Positions 11,123 through 24,664 of a DNA stretch of 64,000 nt are shown in pieces. Source of the stretch: Octopus sinensis (taxonomy: Eukaryota); the NCBI RefSeq assembly GCF_006345805.1, contig NC_043003.1, forward strand, positions 85,312,001 through 85,376,000, given 5' to 3'. Position 1 is the first letter of the stretch; each line of letters opens with the position of its first letter. The notes beneath the pieces are model-generated. The model was not told the origin of the DNA, ran no database searches, and saw only the letters and a program-made list of their open reading frames with translations. The position numbers and the translations under genes are program-made.

Positions 11123-13978
11123 CACTAGTCAACAAAAAAAGACCTTTTTTTTTTTTTACACCAAACATCTTTTTTAGCTAATTTGAAGGCACTGAATCTG
11201 AAAATGACCTTACTTTTTCTTGGTTAGCCTCTATTTTTGCTGTACAGAAATGCCTCATTTTTGGAAAAAAAAAAGCATTTTTTTTTTCATTTGTTTTCGA
11301 TGGCAATATCTCTCAAAGTGAAATCGTGGAAACTTTTCAATTCATATTTAAACCAACAAATATTGGTCTGCTTATTGCAATAACAGTCAAACCCTAAATC
11401 TTTAAAAATAATGCGATTAAATATAGCAAGACCAACAAGTATTTTCATCAAATCATTAAATAAACTAACAGGAGAAATGTAACCTTCATGAACATAAGAA
11501 CTAGGTAAAAAATTTCTTTTTCTTGGTTGTCTCTCATGTTCAATGTTATTTGTCTCCCTTTTGATACTCCAGCAGTAGTCAGCCATCATTCGTTTGTCCC
11601 ACTGTCTCTGGTAACGCTCTTCCATTGTTTTGATATCCTGGTGGAATCGTTCTCCTTGCTCATCACTCACATCGCCGCAATTATCCGGAAATTTATCTAG
11701 ATGGTTATGTAAAAATTGAACCTTAATACTCATATTAGCACCTATGTTTTGTAGACTTTTCAACAGCTTTTCCACTAATTTCTTGTAGAATTCGGCCCGG
11801 CGATTGCCTAAGAAGTTTTTACACCACGTCAACAAACGATGTCCAAGCGCGTAATTCCAAGTCATTCTTTGAATTTACAAATTCAACACCCTTAATGAGT
11901 TACCTGACATCAGGACCATCAAACACTACTGCTTTGAGTTTTTCGGTGCTAAGTCCTGGAAACGATTTACATATATACTCAAAACATTTACTTTGTCGAG
12001 TGATTTTGCATACCGTTTCATTAAACCCAATTTGATATGCAAAGGAGGGAAGATGATTTTTTTTCTTTCGGAAATAGCTCTACACTAATAACGTTCTTTT
12101 CACTGACCTTCAACTCTCACGGTGGCCAATCTTTCCTTTTCCAGTGCTCCTATTTTGCTTTACTGCCCCACATACACAAAAAACATGAGAATTTCGTGTA
12201 GCCACTTTGTTGATCAAACAGGAAATTTACCATTTTCAAATTGACACATAACACCCATTTATGTTTGGTGTAGTCAATCAGATCCATAACCTGTTTGATG
12301 GCATCATGTTTTTCTTTCAGTGTTGTTGAATGACCTATAGGTATTGGCGCATACATGTTGGTATTATGGAGCAAAACACATTTCAAACTAGGTTTTGAAC
12401 TATCAATGAACAATCTCCATTCATCAGGATCGTATGTGTGGACGCCTAGTGGAAGAAGAATGCTCACAGCATCATTGCAATGAACAAGATCCGTGTTCTC
12501 ATTACAGAATGTTACAAATTCGGCATCCCTATTTCTGTTACCTTTGTACGTTTTGCTAACAGGTGTTTTTCGTTGAGCCTGAAGACCAAAAGTTCTGCTG
12601 ATTCTTTGCTTAGATTTAAGTCACGAACCAAATCATTCAGCTCATTTTGGTTAAACAGCTCTGGCACGGTTTCGGGAACATAGTCAGGGTCGTTTTCGCT
12701 GTGTTTCTCATTTACATCAGTATCAGACTCGTCACTTTCAACAAGTTTCAAAAACGTTTCGTTAAAAGCTAGGATTGGCAAATTATCTGAATGCAGCACT
12801 GGTCGAATAGCGGAATGAAGAGTGGGATAGTCGATAGATCTGCGTTTCTTCTGGTCCAGTCCCGCAACACTGACTGAGTAGAAGTAACATTTGTCAGAGT
12901 GGTTCTTTGGCTCACGCCAGATCATAGGAATAGCGAATCTCAGCGATTTTCGGGTACTTGAAGTCCACTGTTTTATGTGTGCTAAACATGTCTTGCAAAC
13001 AATGTGAGGGGCCCATGATTTGTCCTGATCACCAAGCTCGACGCGAAAGTAAGCACAATAGGCTTTCTTGTAAAAGTTAGATATCGGTTTCCTGTTGGCT
13101 TTCGGTGTGAACTCGCCGCAGGTATGGCAAAATAAGTTGGGATCATTTTTGCATCCACTCGTTGAAACCATGTCATTTGATATCTATCTCTATGATTTAA
13201 AAAGAGCATGAGTTGGTTGAGCATTTAAATTACAGTTTGTGTGTTCACATTTAGGTAATTTGATCTTTCCTAATGTCCTATGGAAAGACTCGTAAAACTG
13301 TCAATAACAAAAGACGGAAATACTCATTATGCTGATTGTACTTTGTATATTCGTAATCCCGCGAAGAGGGCAGATGTTTTGGTGAAACCATTTTCATGAT
13401 GTTCATCAGGTGCAATGGAATAGGTATATTCAATTAGAATGTCTTTAGTTGAAGTTTTTTTCCAACTGTAAAAACAAAAGCTCATGTGCTTGGTTTCCTT
13501 CCGTTTTGAAGGGATAAAAGTGAGGGGATATACGTATGAATATCAAACAGAAGATTTTAGGGTTTCTGTTTTTTTTATGTTACCTTAATTATCAGATTTA
13601 ATAAAGTGTATTACTGATAAAGTTTATCAGTTAATTTGAACTTTGGCAATAAATTGGAAAAAATCGGTACTTCTATTTTAAAAGTTTTGACTCAAAAAGA
13701 CTTTTTTCTTATAAAAATAGTTTATTTCAGGTGGCTGACATCAATTGCTCGGCCTACCTGAAAATTCATGGTTTTCTACTACTTTTTTTAACTAAATTTT
13801 GCGAACATCCAAGATTGTAAATTGATTCTTTTTCCAAAAATGAGCAATTTCAGTACAGCAAAAACGGTAGCTAACCTTGAAAAACTAAGGTCATTTTCGG
13901 AATCAGCACTATCAGCACTATCAAATTAGCTAGAAAACGTGTTTTGCTTCTTGGCACCAAAAATCGTATTGACCAGTG
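11123..13978 (-). mobile_element. Chapaev3-like (CMC superfamily) DNA transposon with disrupted transposase
   Basis: CAC...GTG termini, imperfect TIRs of about 150 bp, TAA target duplication (11120-11122 and 13979-13981). Frameshifted ORFs 13171-11287 carry FCHTCG, GDQDKSWAPH-x-x-C-x-x-C, WRLFIDSSK, PPLHIKLGLMK and SDEQGERFHQDI...MMADYCW. Confidence 0.88.
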
Positions 13979-14622
13979 TAATATACTAGAAAAATAACGC
14001 CAAAAATATCTTTGTCGATAACACTCCAGCAGCATGTTAAGCCAAAGAACAAGCTACGAATGACTGTTGTAATCTATAAATATGACTATAAAACCAACTG
14101 ACGTAAATTCAGGACTAGTTCTTATTTTGGAATACTTACAATTCCCTACAAAAATAGATTACCTCTCGAAGTCATACTCATATCCCTATACAATACCAAG
14201 ATCAACACACAAAAACACACACGTCAAAAGATAACACGTGTATGCTGGTATGACTTAACGGCTAAAAATTTCACTGTAACAAACAAACACGTGACTATTG
14301 ACCAATGAAACTAACGGTTAAGAAAAGCTTTGGCGAACAAGTCAACATGAATTCAACCAGTATATAAGAAACAACACAGACACAAAATACATTCAATTCA
14401 TGAAAATGTAACTGCTAAAATTTGGAAACGTCGAATTTAAATTAAACTTTGTAACAAATTAACAAATAAAAAAAGCTAATGGGAAAACACGAAAAAAAAC
14501 TTAAATAAAAATACATATTAACTACAGAGTTGACGTGCAACTGATATTTTTTAAGCGATTTGTTCAGGGTGCAGATGATTTTGTGGTGTTACTGATGATA
14601 AATTAAAATCTCATGTGTAGAG

Positions 14623-15556
14623 AGCGCACTTGAAAGTATGTGATCGTGAGTGGCTGGCGCTAGGAAGCATCTAACTAAAAGATTGTGAAGTTCTTATCTC
14701 TTTTGGAGGAGTAGAGACTTGGTGCGAGACATACTTTGTAACACCATATGTTGAAATCTATGACATCATAGAGTAAGCGCACTTGAAAGTATGTGATCGT
14801 GAGTGGCTGGTGCTAGGAAGCTTCTAACTAAAAGATTGTGAAATAAGTTCTTTTCTCTTTTGGAGGAGTAGAGACTTGGTGCGAGAGATACTTTGTAATA
14901 CCATATGTTGAAATCTATGACATCATAGAGTAAGCGCGCTTAAAAGTATGTCATCGTGAGCGGCTGGTGCTAGGAAGCTTCTAACTAAAAGATTGTGAAA
15001 TAAGTTCTTTTCTCTTTTGGAGGAGTAGAGACTTGGTGCGAGACATACTTTGTAACACCATATGTTGAAATCTATGACATCATAGAGTAAGCGCACTTGA
15101 AAGTATGTGATCGTGAGTGGCTGGTGCTAGGAAGCTTCTAACTAAAAGATTGTGAAATAAGTTCTTTTCTCTTTTGGAGGAGTAGAGACTTGGTGCGAGA
15201 GATACTTTGTAATACCATATGTTGAAATCTATGACATCATAGAGTAAGCGCGCTTGAAAGTATGTGATCGTGAGTGGCTGGTGCTAGGAAGCTTCTAACT
15301 AAAAGATTGTGATGTTTTTATCTCTTTTGGAGGAGTAGAGACTTGGTGCGAGACATACTTTGTAACACCATATGTTGAAATCTATGACATCATAGAGTAA
15401 GCGCGCTTGAAAGTATGTGATCGTGAGTGGCTGGTGCTAGGAAGCTTCTAACTAAAAGATTGTGAAGTAAGTTCTTTTCTCTTTTGGAGGAGTGGAGATT
15501 TGGTGCGAGACATACTTTGTAACACCATATGTTGAAATCTATGACATCATAGAGTA
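14623..15556. repeat. Tandem repeat, 153/157-bp unit, 6 copies
   Basis: Units start at 14623, 14776, 14933, 15090, 15247 and 15400; nearly identical. Confidence 0.95.
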
Positions 15557-17303
15557 GGAATTGAAAATTGCAAAGGAGTGGACGTTTTACTCTTCGTGTT
15601 TGTGTGAACCAAATAACTGTTAGTATGTAACTCTAGTATCAATCGAGATAAAGTCTGGTGAACTACAATACATGATCGTATTATGAGGGTGGAGTAATTT
15701 CATTTCACTTTTGGATAGGCAAGTACGTGATATTTGTGATATTTGTTCCAGCTTTCAGCATACTAATGAAGTACTGGGTTCGTCTTTCCCCCCACCCTCA
15801 CCTCTCTCTCTCTCTCTCTCGGAAACGGCTACATAGTGCAGTGGGAAGGGTTGTGAGGGATGGTCGCTCACGGCGTCTCATTCGCCACAAAGGAAGAAAA
15901 GTTAAGCGAAACTGTTTTAATTTCGTTTGAATTGCATCAATAATAGCTTAAGAAAGGCATATTTCTTGCCGTTTCTCTATAACTAACTTTAGTTGGCTGT
16001 ATTAGACGAATAATTATTATTACTGTTATAGAACACTGCATACTGATGGATTGGCAAAACCATTTGCGCCGGTCAAATGTGTTGCGGTTTTTTTGGGGTT
16101 TTTTCATGTTCTGTGTTCCAAATCTACCTCGGTTAATTTTGCCTTTCATCCATTCTGGGTCGATAAAGTAAACAGTAAAGTACAAGACGATGGTAAAGAT
16201 TAACTCCTTTCTCTGAATAACGCTGGCCATGTACCTAAATTAGGAATCTAATTATAGAGCATCGTAAAATTTTCTTTTTAATGGTAAATGGGAGAAAAGA
16301 GAAATAGTGTCATGACTCTTTCTAGTGGAAAGAAGAGACCTGATCTAAATACTTGCAGCAGAATGGACTCCGCTAAAAAAAACCAAAACCATGTGGTGGG
16401 GATAAACCGCGCGTTAGAATAATTCTAGCATCCAAAAATAGTAACTGCTCCTCCGATTATCAAAATTCATTCCAGTTTCTGTCCCCGCGAAACTCGGATA
16501 GAAGACAACTGTCCTTGGTGCTATGTTGTGGGATTGAACTTGTAGTTCTGTAGCTGTTTAACGTTATGTAGTTGCTTCATGAACTTCCTAGTCCCGCAAC
16601 CATGCAGCACACAGATTAGAGAACTGCTGACGAGAAGAGACTGGAACGATTGTTCGTTTTCCTTTGTTTTGGGTTTTTTTTTACTTATTGATTCTATTTA
16701 ACTTCACTAGGTTGTTAAAATCTCACTGAGAAAAGTGTGAACATCACAACGTATGCTTACTTGCTTTCTCAATGAGCCTCAATCTTACTCGCTTTTCTCA
16801 GTAAGCCTCAATCACCGGTGAATTTATTTCGATTCTGAGAATGATAAAATAGGTGAAATGCCGATTTATATTTTCACAGGATCTATTTGAGGTAGACGAT
16901 AAGTATCGCAAAGTGTGATATCATATTAACATGCAAGTGTTCAAAATGTCTTCCTGCACTTCGCGACAGCGTTTTAATCGAGAAATCCAAGCTGGTGTGG
17001 CATTTTGAAGTGTAACTTGAGGAATGTCATTCCAAGTTTTTATCAAGCACGTTTTCAATCCATCAATGACGGTATCTCTGCTAATAACAAGCTCCAGACA
17101 CAGTAATCCATCACATTTAAGTCCAGACTATTTCAAGGTCATTCTTCAAGTGCAATAAAATCAGGGGTAGATTGCTGAAGAAACTGAACTGTAACCCTGG
17201 CTGTTTGAGGCTTTGCACCATCCTGCTGCCATATCCATAACTCGTCGCCCTTGACTTCCTATACTGGCCTTGAGAAAAGTATGAGTATAATACTGTTTGA
17301 AAA

Positions 17304-17537
17304 GGCGGCGAGCTGGCAGAAACGTTAGCACGCCGGGCGAAATGCGTAGCCGTATTTCGTCTGCCGTTACGTTCTGAGTTCAAATTCCGCCGAGGTCGAC
17401 CTTGCCTTTCATCCTTTCGGGGTCGATAAATTAAGTACCAGTTACACACTATACCAGTAGATATAATCGACTTAATCCGTTTGTCTGTCCTCGTTTGTCC
17501 TCTATGTATTTAGACCCATGTGGGTAGTAAAGAAATA
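17304..17537 (+). mobile_element. SINE family A, young copy with 17-bp TSD
   Basis: TSD tataatactgtttgaaa at 17286-17302 and 17538-17554. Confidence 0.93.
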
Positions 17538-17769
17538 TATAATACTGTTTGAAAGAATAGAGAGTGAAAGTTGGTGAAAGCTGAGTTGAGACAACAGGAG
17601 ACTGTCTGTACATATCAAACTTTTATTTTAGACGAAGGTCATATAAGCTAAAATGTAGTGGCTTTTGTTTCATATTTATAGCTAACATGGAACTCTCCGT
17701 AGGTATATCTATATATATATATAGGTACACAGGCGCACGCATAAATACATACATATAATATGCATGTGT

Positions 17770-17810
<41 letters not shown>

Positions 17811-17813
<3 letters not shown>

Positions 17814-18010
17814 GAGCATGTCTAGATATGCAAGTATATGCATGAGAAGTCATACATACAGCAAAACATACAACTCAGCACGTATACATGCATACAAAGT
17901 ACCCTGTTGTTGATGTTAAAATTCCAATGAAGGAGCCTTGGATCTAGGTTAGAAACAAGCTCTTTCTCTATTGGCAAGAAATCTTGAAATAAAACTGAAT
18001 AATGACATAC
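17811..18010 (+). mobile_element. Solo 3' end of the LINE family at 46631-49160
   Basis: Reverse complement of about 46631-46868; embedded in (CATA)n. Confidence 0.75.
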
Positions 18011-18254
18011 ATAGGAGGTGCACTCCAGGCGTTTTGAAACTTTTTAGAAAAGGCAGTTATAACAATCCTAGATTATTGTGATCTTATAAGCTTACCTGCC
18101 AACTTTTCTGACTTCCACGGGGGCCTTCGTGAAGGGGCTGGAGCGCAACCACAAGGACATTAACGTCAGAGGTCCTACTCTGAAGGAGATTAGAGTTTTG
18201 GACTCCTTTAAAATCAATAAATGTCTCTCCTGAAAAAGTTCGGAACTTTATGGG

Positions 18255-18422
18255 ATGCACAGGCGTGGCTTTGTGGTAAGAAGCTTGCTTTCCAACTACA
18301 AGGTTCCGGCTTCAGTCTCACTGCGCGGCACCTTGGACAAGTGTGTTATATAACATCAGGCGACCAAAGCCTTGTTAGTGGATTTGGTTGAAGGAAACTG
18401 AAAGAAGCCTATCATATATACA

Positions 18423-18458
<36 letters not shown>

Positions 18459-18712
18459 AAGTGTGTGTGCGTGCGTATGTATGTATACATACATCTATGT
18501 GTGTGTGTCTCTTTGTGTAAGTGTTTGTTCACCACCGCTTCAAACCGGTGTTGGTGCGTTTATGTCCCCGTAACACATTGAAAAAATAGCGATAGAATAC
18601 TATAGGCTTAAAAAATCCTGGGGGTCGATTTGTTCGGTTAAAAACCTTCAAGGTGGTGCCCCAGCATGGCCGTAATCAAATGAACGACAAAATTAAAAGA
18701 TTAAAGTTAAAA

Positions 18713-18713
<1 letters not shown>
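18255..18713 (+). mobile_element. SINE family B (diverged)
   Basis: Same head, internal microsatellite and ccagcatggcc tail as other family B copies. Confidence 0.82.
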
Positions 18714-18756
<43 letters not shown>

Positions 18757-18763
<7 letters not shown>

Positions 18764-19764
18764 GTAAAAAATAAATACAGACATGGACAAGAACATGAAA
18801 CACCAAAGAGACGACACAAGAACCACAGGACGGGACATTCGAAGCCCTCAGTCATCAGTCAAGAACCAGATCATCTTCGCAATTTCGGCTGATTAATCTT
18901 GAGATTGCTCCGATCTGGGCAGCCCCCAAAGGAAAATCTAAGCCAAGCGCATTAGATCCCTTGGAAGAAAGCTTCGAATGTATACAACACGAGGACGGAA
19001 AACGAACGAAGTACACGAACAAAAATACAGAATACGTGACACCAATAAGGAAAGCACGAATAAGAATACAAAAACGTAAAAACAATAACGGTAAAGATAA
19101 AAAACAAAACAAAACCAGGACGTAGGACAAGGGTCTTTCGACAGGACGAGTTGAGTTGGGGCTGGCTTATGAAGTAGTGCCTAATGGCCGCAGGGAGACG
19201 AACAAATACGTGTTGCTTCGACGACTGCTGGAACGAAAAGGGCGCCCAGCAGTGGCTAGCGGTCACGTGAGAACAAAAGACAGGAGAAAGGGACAGATGA
19301 AGAGAGAGAGAAGGTGGACGAGGGAGGAGAAGAAAGAGACAGATCGAGGGGACTGGAGGTGAGAGAGATAGAGAAACGTAGAAGGGGGGTGGAGAGGGAA
19401 AGAAAGGAAGGGGAATAAGGGAGGAGAAAGAGAGAGAGAAAGAGACAGATCAAGAGTCGTATCAATGCTAGAGAAAAAATATACTTATCGTATAAGGACA
19501 ATTGTGGATACGTAGCCGCCGATTATATATGTAAACAGTAAAAAATAAATACAGACATGGACAAGAACATGAAACACCAAAGAGACGACACAAGAACCAC
19601 AGGACGGGACATTCGAAACCCTCAGTCATCAGTCAAGAACCAGATCATCTTCGCAATTTCGGCTGATTAATCTTGAGATTGCTCCGATCTGGGCAGCCCC
19701 CAAAGGAAAATCTAAGCCAAGCGCATTAGATCCCTTGGAAGAAAGCTTCGAATGTATACAACAC

Positions 19765-19770
<6 letters not shown>
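18757..19770 (-). mobile_element. Young non-coding element with 240-bp direct terminal repeats (pseudo-LTR/retrozyme-like)
   Basis: 18757-18996 and 19531-19770 differ at one position I could see; (TA)n on both flanks; non-coding interior; fragment of the same repeat at 55863-55980. Confidence 0.75.
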
Positions 19771-19814
<44 letters not shown>

Positions 19815-19930
19815 TCACGGACACACACATATATAATCACGCTATATATTTATGTATATGTATGAATGCACACATAGAGACATGTATATACATGTTTATG
19901 CGTGTGTGTGTGTGTGCGTGTGTGTGTGTA

Positions 19931-19980
<50 letters not shown>

Positions 19981-20400
19981 ACATGACACTGAAAAGAAAA
20001 CGTGTTATGAATAAATAGGCTAGAAGACAGTAAGTTGATTGCTCACATATTCACTCAACTATGATACTGCGTACGTGAGATGTTTCTTGTGGGGGAGTGG
20101 TGAAGTGGATCATAAAATATATCTTGAAAGGACAATAACTGGGAACACCAAAACGTCACTTGATATATAATTTACATTTTATTCTGTTCTTTCTATTGCT
20201 ATTGTTTTTGTTAATGGTGGGTGTATTAGGGGTTTTATTTTATTGGTTTCCTTTTCTCCTCTAAAGAACAAGCGACAAGAGTTGACGCCATGATCCGACT
20301 TTCTCTTCTCCCTCAATTTTCACTCACACTGCATTGTATATATTCAGGCTAGGCATTGGGCTCACATCATGCATATATACGTTTGTATATGTATGTACGT

Positions 20401-20489
<89 letters not shown>

Positions 20490-20937
20490 GGAGAGAGGAA
20501 GGGGAGATAGAGGGTAAATCCCGTTGCTAACACTGGAGACACGAAGGCTATAACGGATCGCTTCTCTTGAACATGCACTTTTTTCCGATTCTCATCAGTC
20601 TGAAGAAGACTCGGAACATTGGAAACAATAGCGCGCGCCCTTAACCACTACGCCATATGCCCGTGGGCATATAGCGTAGTGGTTAAGAGTGGGAGTGTGG
20701 ATGATGGTGTGTGGTGTGTATGCTGAGTTAAATACTATGTATGGCTGCTCGTGGATTGGGAAGGTGTTTGTGGGAGTATGTAATAGTGTGTGAAATGAAT
20801 AATGAGTTGAACAGTGCGTACGGTTGTTTGTATAGTGGTGTGTGTGTGGTGAGGTTACCTAGGTAGCTGGTATACAGGTGTGTAGGTAGGGGCAGTTGGA
20901 TGAAGGAAGTGTGTGAGAATCCGTGTGGGGTTGATGT

Positions 20938-21258
20938 TAGATGAAGAGAGGTTTTGAGATGAGCCCATACAGCGCAAAAGAAAGAAGCGGGAAGATTAAT
21001 TTCTGTTCACGGCGAAGGCGGGAGTCTAATTGCCCCCTGTGCAGAGACAGTCCAAACACAGATAGATGTTGTAACGAATGACCGGTGGAGCTGAAGCGTG
21101 TTATTGTGGAGCGTGTTATTGCCGAGTCTGATGTCTTGGAGGTGCTCAGCGAACCGGTCAGCCAAGCGATGTCCCGTTTGACCAATGTACAGGGAAGGAC
21201 ACACAGAGCAGGAGATGCAGTAAATAACATTACTAGAGGTGCAAGTAAAGGAGTCGGT

Positions 21259-21260
<2 letters not shown>
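20938..21260 (-). mobile_element. Penelope-like retroelement 3' fragment (GIY-YIG endonuclease)
   Basis: Minus strand TDSFTCTSSNVIYCISCSVCPSLYIGQTGHRLADRFAEHL...RREQKLIF. Confidence 0.88.
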
Positions 21261-21331
<71 letters not shown>

Positions 21332-23244
21332 TTTTATATGTTTCAGCCCTAAGTCTATGGCCATACTGGAAGACAAATTAAAATAATGCTTATTACATAT
21401 AATTCCTTTATTATAGCAAATTTGGATTATTTTATTCTGATTTCAATATTTTTGGTTTTAATACTATTGGTATTTATATTATAGATATTGATGTTGTTGA
21501 TGCTGAGACTGTCACCTTCATCATAATTCTTTTGGTATAACACATTACTCTGCAAGTTTAATCTAATCCTCTAAAATTTCCCCCCACTATACTAGATTAA
21601 AAACTGAAAACTAATTTTAGACTCACCAATGTCCATGAAAAGCTCATATTAAATTTCAACAAAAGAATATTTGAACTATATACAATGCCAATATGGTAAT
21701 GTTGCTGACCTATGTTTGTGACTATCTCTCTCCCAAATTTGGCAATACAATACTCTTACTACTACAACTACTAATAATAATATTACTCGTACTACTGTTG
21801 CTATTCCTACTAAGTACCACTCCCTCAATTGCTGCCACCACCCCACTGTAACCTGCCTTTGCCTTTTCTATTTAAACATTCCAATCTTTCTCCACTTTCC
21901 CCATACAATAGCCATTCTTTGAGTGCCCTGTTTGTAATTTCCAGCAATGACTGTCGAAGGTATCATTAATTTTCTTACGTCTTTCAATTTACTTCAATTG
22001 ATCTATAGATCAATTGAGTAAACTTATCCATAATGACAACTGGAAACAGCTGTAAGCTAAATTCGCTATAATAAAGGAATTATATGAAACGAGCATTATT
22101 TTAACTTTTCTCTTATATATCACTGACGCCTTTATTAAACTGTCTCCTTTATTTTATAATCGAGAATTATACTGAAACACACGCTCACGCACATACATAT
22201 ATATGTGTGTGTGTGCTAGATAAATTGCAAGATATGAAGATATGAAGATTCAAAATAGCATGACTAAATATATATATGTATGTATACGTATGCGTGTGTG
22301 TGCATGTGTGTTAGTTTGACTATATATGCTTATTTATGTATGCACGTGTGTTTTTTTTATGTTGTCCTCGTGTTAAATGCCAGAGGTTATTAGATAAGAA
22401 AACAAGGTTATTTAAATTGGCGGGTATTTTCGTCATTGATAAAGGATGAAATGCTTTGTCATGAATTTATAAGCTGAATGCATAAGCTACATTAAGCATC
22501 AGAGCATTGAGGTGAGAACAGGCGACACATCGAAAGAGAACTGCCATATCTTTAAGAAACAGAGCCTCACTCAAAACGTTGCTCACCTCTGATACCTCAG
22601 ATGTAATTAGTGACACATTTTGGAACTTATTCATTACAGCACATAAAACACCGTCTTATTTTCCTAGAGGTAAGTTAGTATAGTTTTTACGCGATTTACT
22701 GTCTTAAAGGATACAAATATACTTTTCAGTTTTAAGGGTTTGTGGCTTAAATCATATTATATAACAAATCTCTATACCAAATCGCCAGATGCTTTTAGAT
22801 TTCCTCTGTGTGTAACTGCGTGTTTCTTTGACTAATTATATGTATTTTGATTTTTCCGTTCAATCTATAAACCAACTGTGACTTTCATGTCTTTTTTTTT
22901 TTTTTTTTTGGCATGTTGCATCAAGGATTTAGTTTTCTAGTGATTTATTTAAAAGACTGGTATGAAATTTGAATATTTGACTGTTCTTTCTAGCTGGTGG
23001 GGTGACTGAGTATAGGCTCATTTTTACCCGGGCTTCATAGCATCACTATCTTCCATTTTAAGCTCGTTTAAAATATATTAAAATATGGTGAGTTCTGTAA
23101 TCTACTTTGTTGTTGGACCATCATTGATGATTTCGTCTTCACGTTGTGTACCATATCTGAGGAAAATTAGTGCGGTAAAGTTCATCTCTCAGGAGAAATT
23201 GAATTATTGATGTTACTGACTGAATCACTCTCTGTAGGCAACAT

Positions 23245-23297
<53 letters not shown>

Positions 23298-24156
23298 TAC
23301 ACATACACACACACACTGATACACGCAGCCTAGCTGAATTCAATGAAGTAAACTAAGAAAACATGGATCGATTTCGCAGTGTCGCCGCTACTTATAAGCG
23401 CTGAGTTGTTCTTATTCTGTGGTGTCTATTTGCAGCAACATGAAATGGGCTGTATATAAGCAGCGTATTCAAAGCAATTCTTATGGATGGTAGAATGCGA
23501 ACTGCCTACCTTTCACTCAGCTATTTCCATTCTTACAGTGTCATTCTGTTCCTTGAAAGAAACAACATATTCTATTTAACGAACACTGCTGCGTAAGGGA
23601 TAAATATTTTTAATCGGTTAAATCTGAAAGAAAAGACAATAACCTACGGCCTTCATATTCTCTCCAAGACCACTGAGATTGATATCGTTGATACTCTACT
23701 TCGAAAAGTAGAATATTAATCATATCAGGAAAAGCATGTGCAGACGGAATTTACAGAGTTGAGGTTCTGGAAAGGAAAGATTACGCGTAGTGGTTGGTGC
23801 AGAGTGTGAGGGTGTTAGACACAACTAAGAGGATGAGAAGCAGATAAACTAGTGAGTCAGAGCAAATGAATAGAGGTGGCTAACTCGGAGTAGAGGCCAT
23901 ATTTGCGATAACGACTCGGTTTTGATCCTCCAGTGAGATTAGTTAACTTCAGTTTGAACTATTACCCTTTGGAAGGACATGGACGTCAGGAATACTACAT
24001 TTTCTTTTTGTCAGAAAACATCAACCCGTCTGTAATTAGTCCAAAACAAAAGTACCTATTTTAACTTTTATCAATCTTAATCAACATTTTACCAACTAAA
24101 TTCCGAGATATAGTTCTTTTGACCGTTCCAGGACTTCTTTCCACTTGTTTTAACGC

Positions 24157-24664
24157 TTGCCCTGTCTGCCAGGCATTAGAGAAAGGCTTAAAAGAAGTGG
24201 AAAGAAGTCCTGGAATAACCTCACAAATTTCCATCGTTACACACTCCGACGCCTAGCTAATAACGATTCTAGTGTTATTAAAATGGTGGATAAGGGAGGC
24301 GCTATTGTAATTATGGACACAAGTGGGTATATTTCGGTGTGTGAAGAAGTTTTAAGTGACAAAACTTCATATGAAGAATTACCTATCGATCCAAACCCAA
24401 ATTACAGAGAGGAACTTAATAAAATAATTCTGGAAATTGAGGCCAGCAATTTCATTAATAAGGCCGAATCTAGGATTTTGCGATCAGAAAGAAAAACACC
24501 TGTATTATATGGTCTCCCTGAAATACACAAATTTGGAAAAATTTGCTCCAATGCGCCCAGTTTGCAGCGGATATGAATGTTCTACAGCCAAAATTTTGGA
24601 GTGGCTGAATGGCTTTCTACTCCCTGTCGCAAAAAGATCAAGTTCCTATTCGAGATACTTTTGA
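24157..24664 (+). mobile_element. Penelope-like retroelement fragment (DKG region and RT N-terminus)
   Basis: VIKMVDKGGAIVIMD, PVLYGLPEIHK and, after a frameshift, PMRPVCSG. Confidence 0.88.

Noticed and set aside
14623-15556. CRISPR-like array
   Set aside because: Whole units repeat with no unique spacers; eukaryotic context and no cas genes.
17304-17390. tRNA gene
   Set aside because: SINE head followed by SINE body and TSD; no complete cloverleaf.
20560-20610. Hammerhead on the minus strand (CUGAUGA-gaaucg-GAAA)
   Set aside because: No convincing stem I or stem III; at best a decayed motif.
22020-22060. Partial hammerhead GAAA-CAGCUG-UA, with similar half motifs near 2120 and 43365
   Set aside because: A palindromic stem III-like half is present but there is no recognisable 3-9 core.
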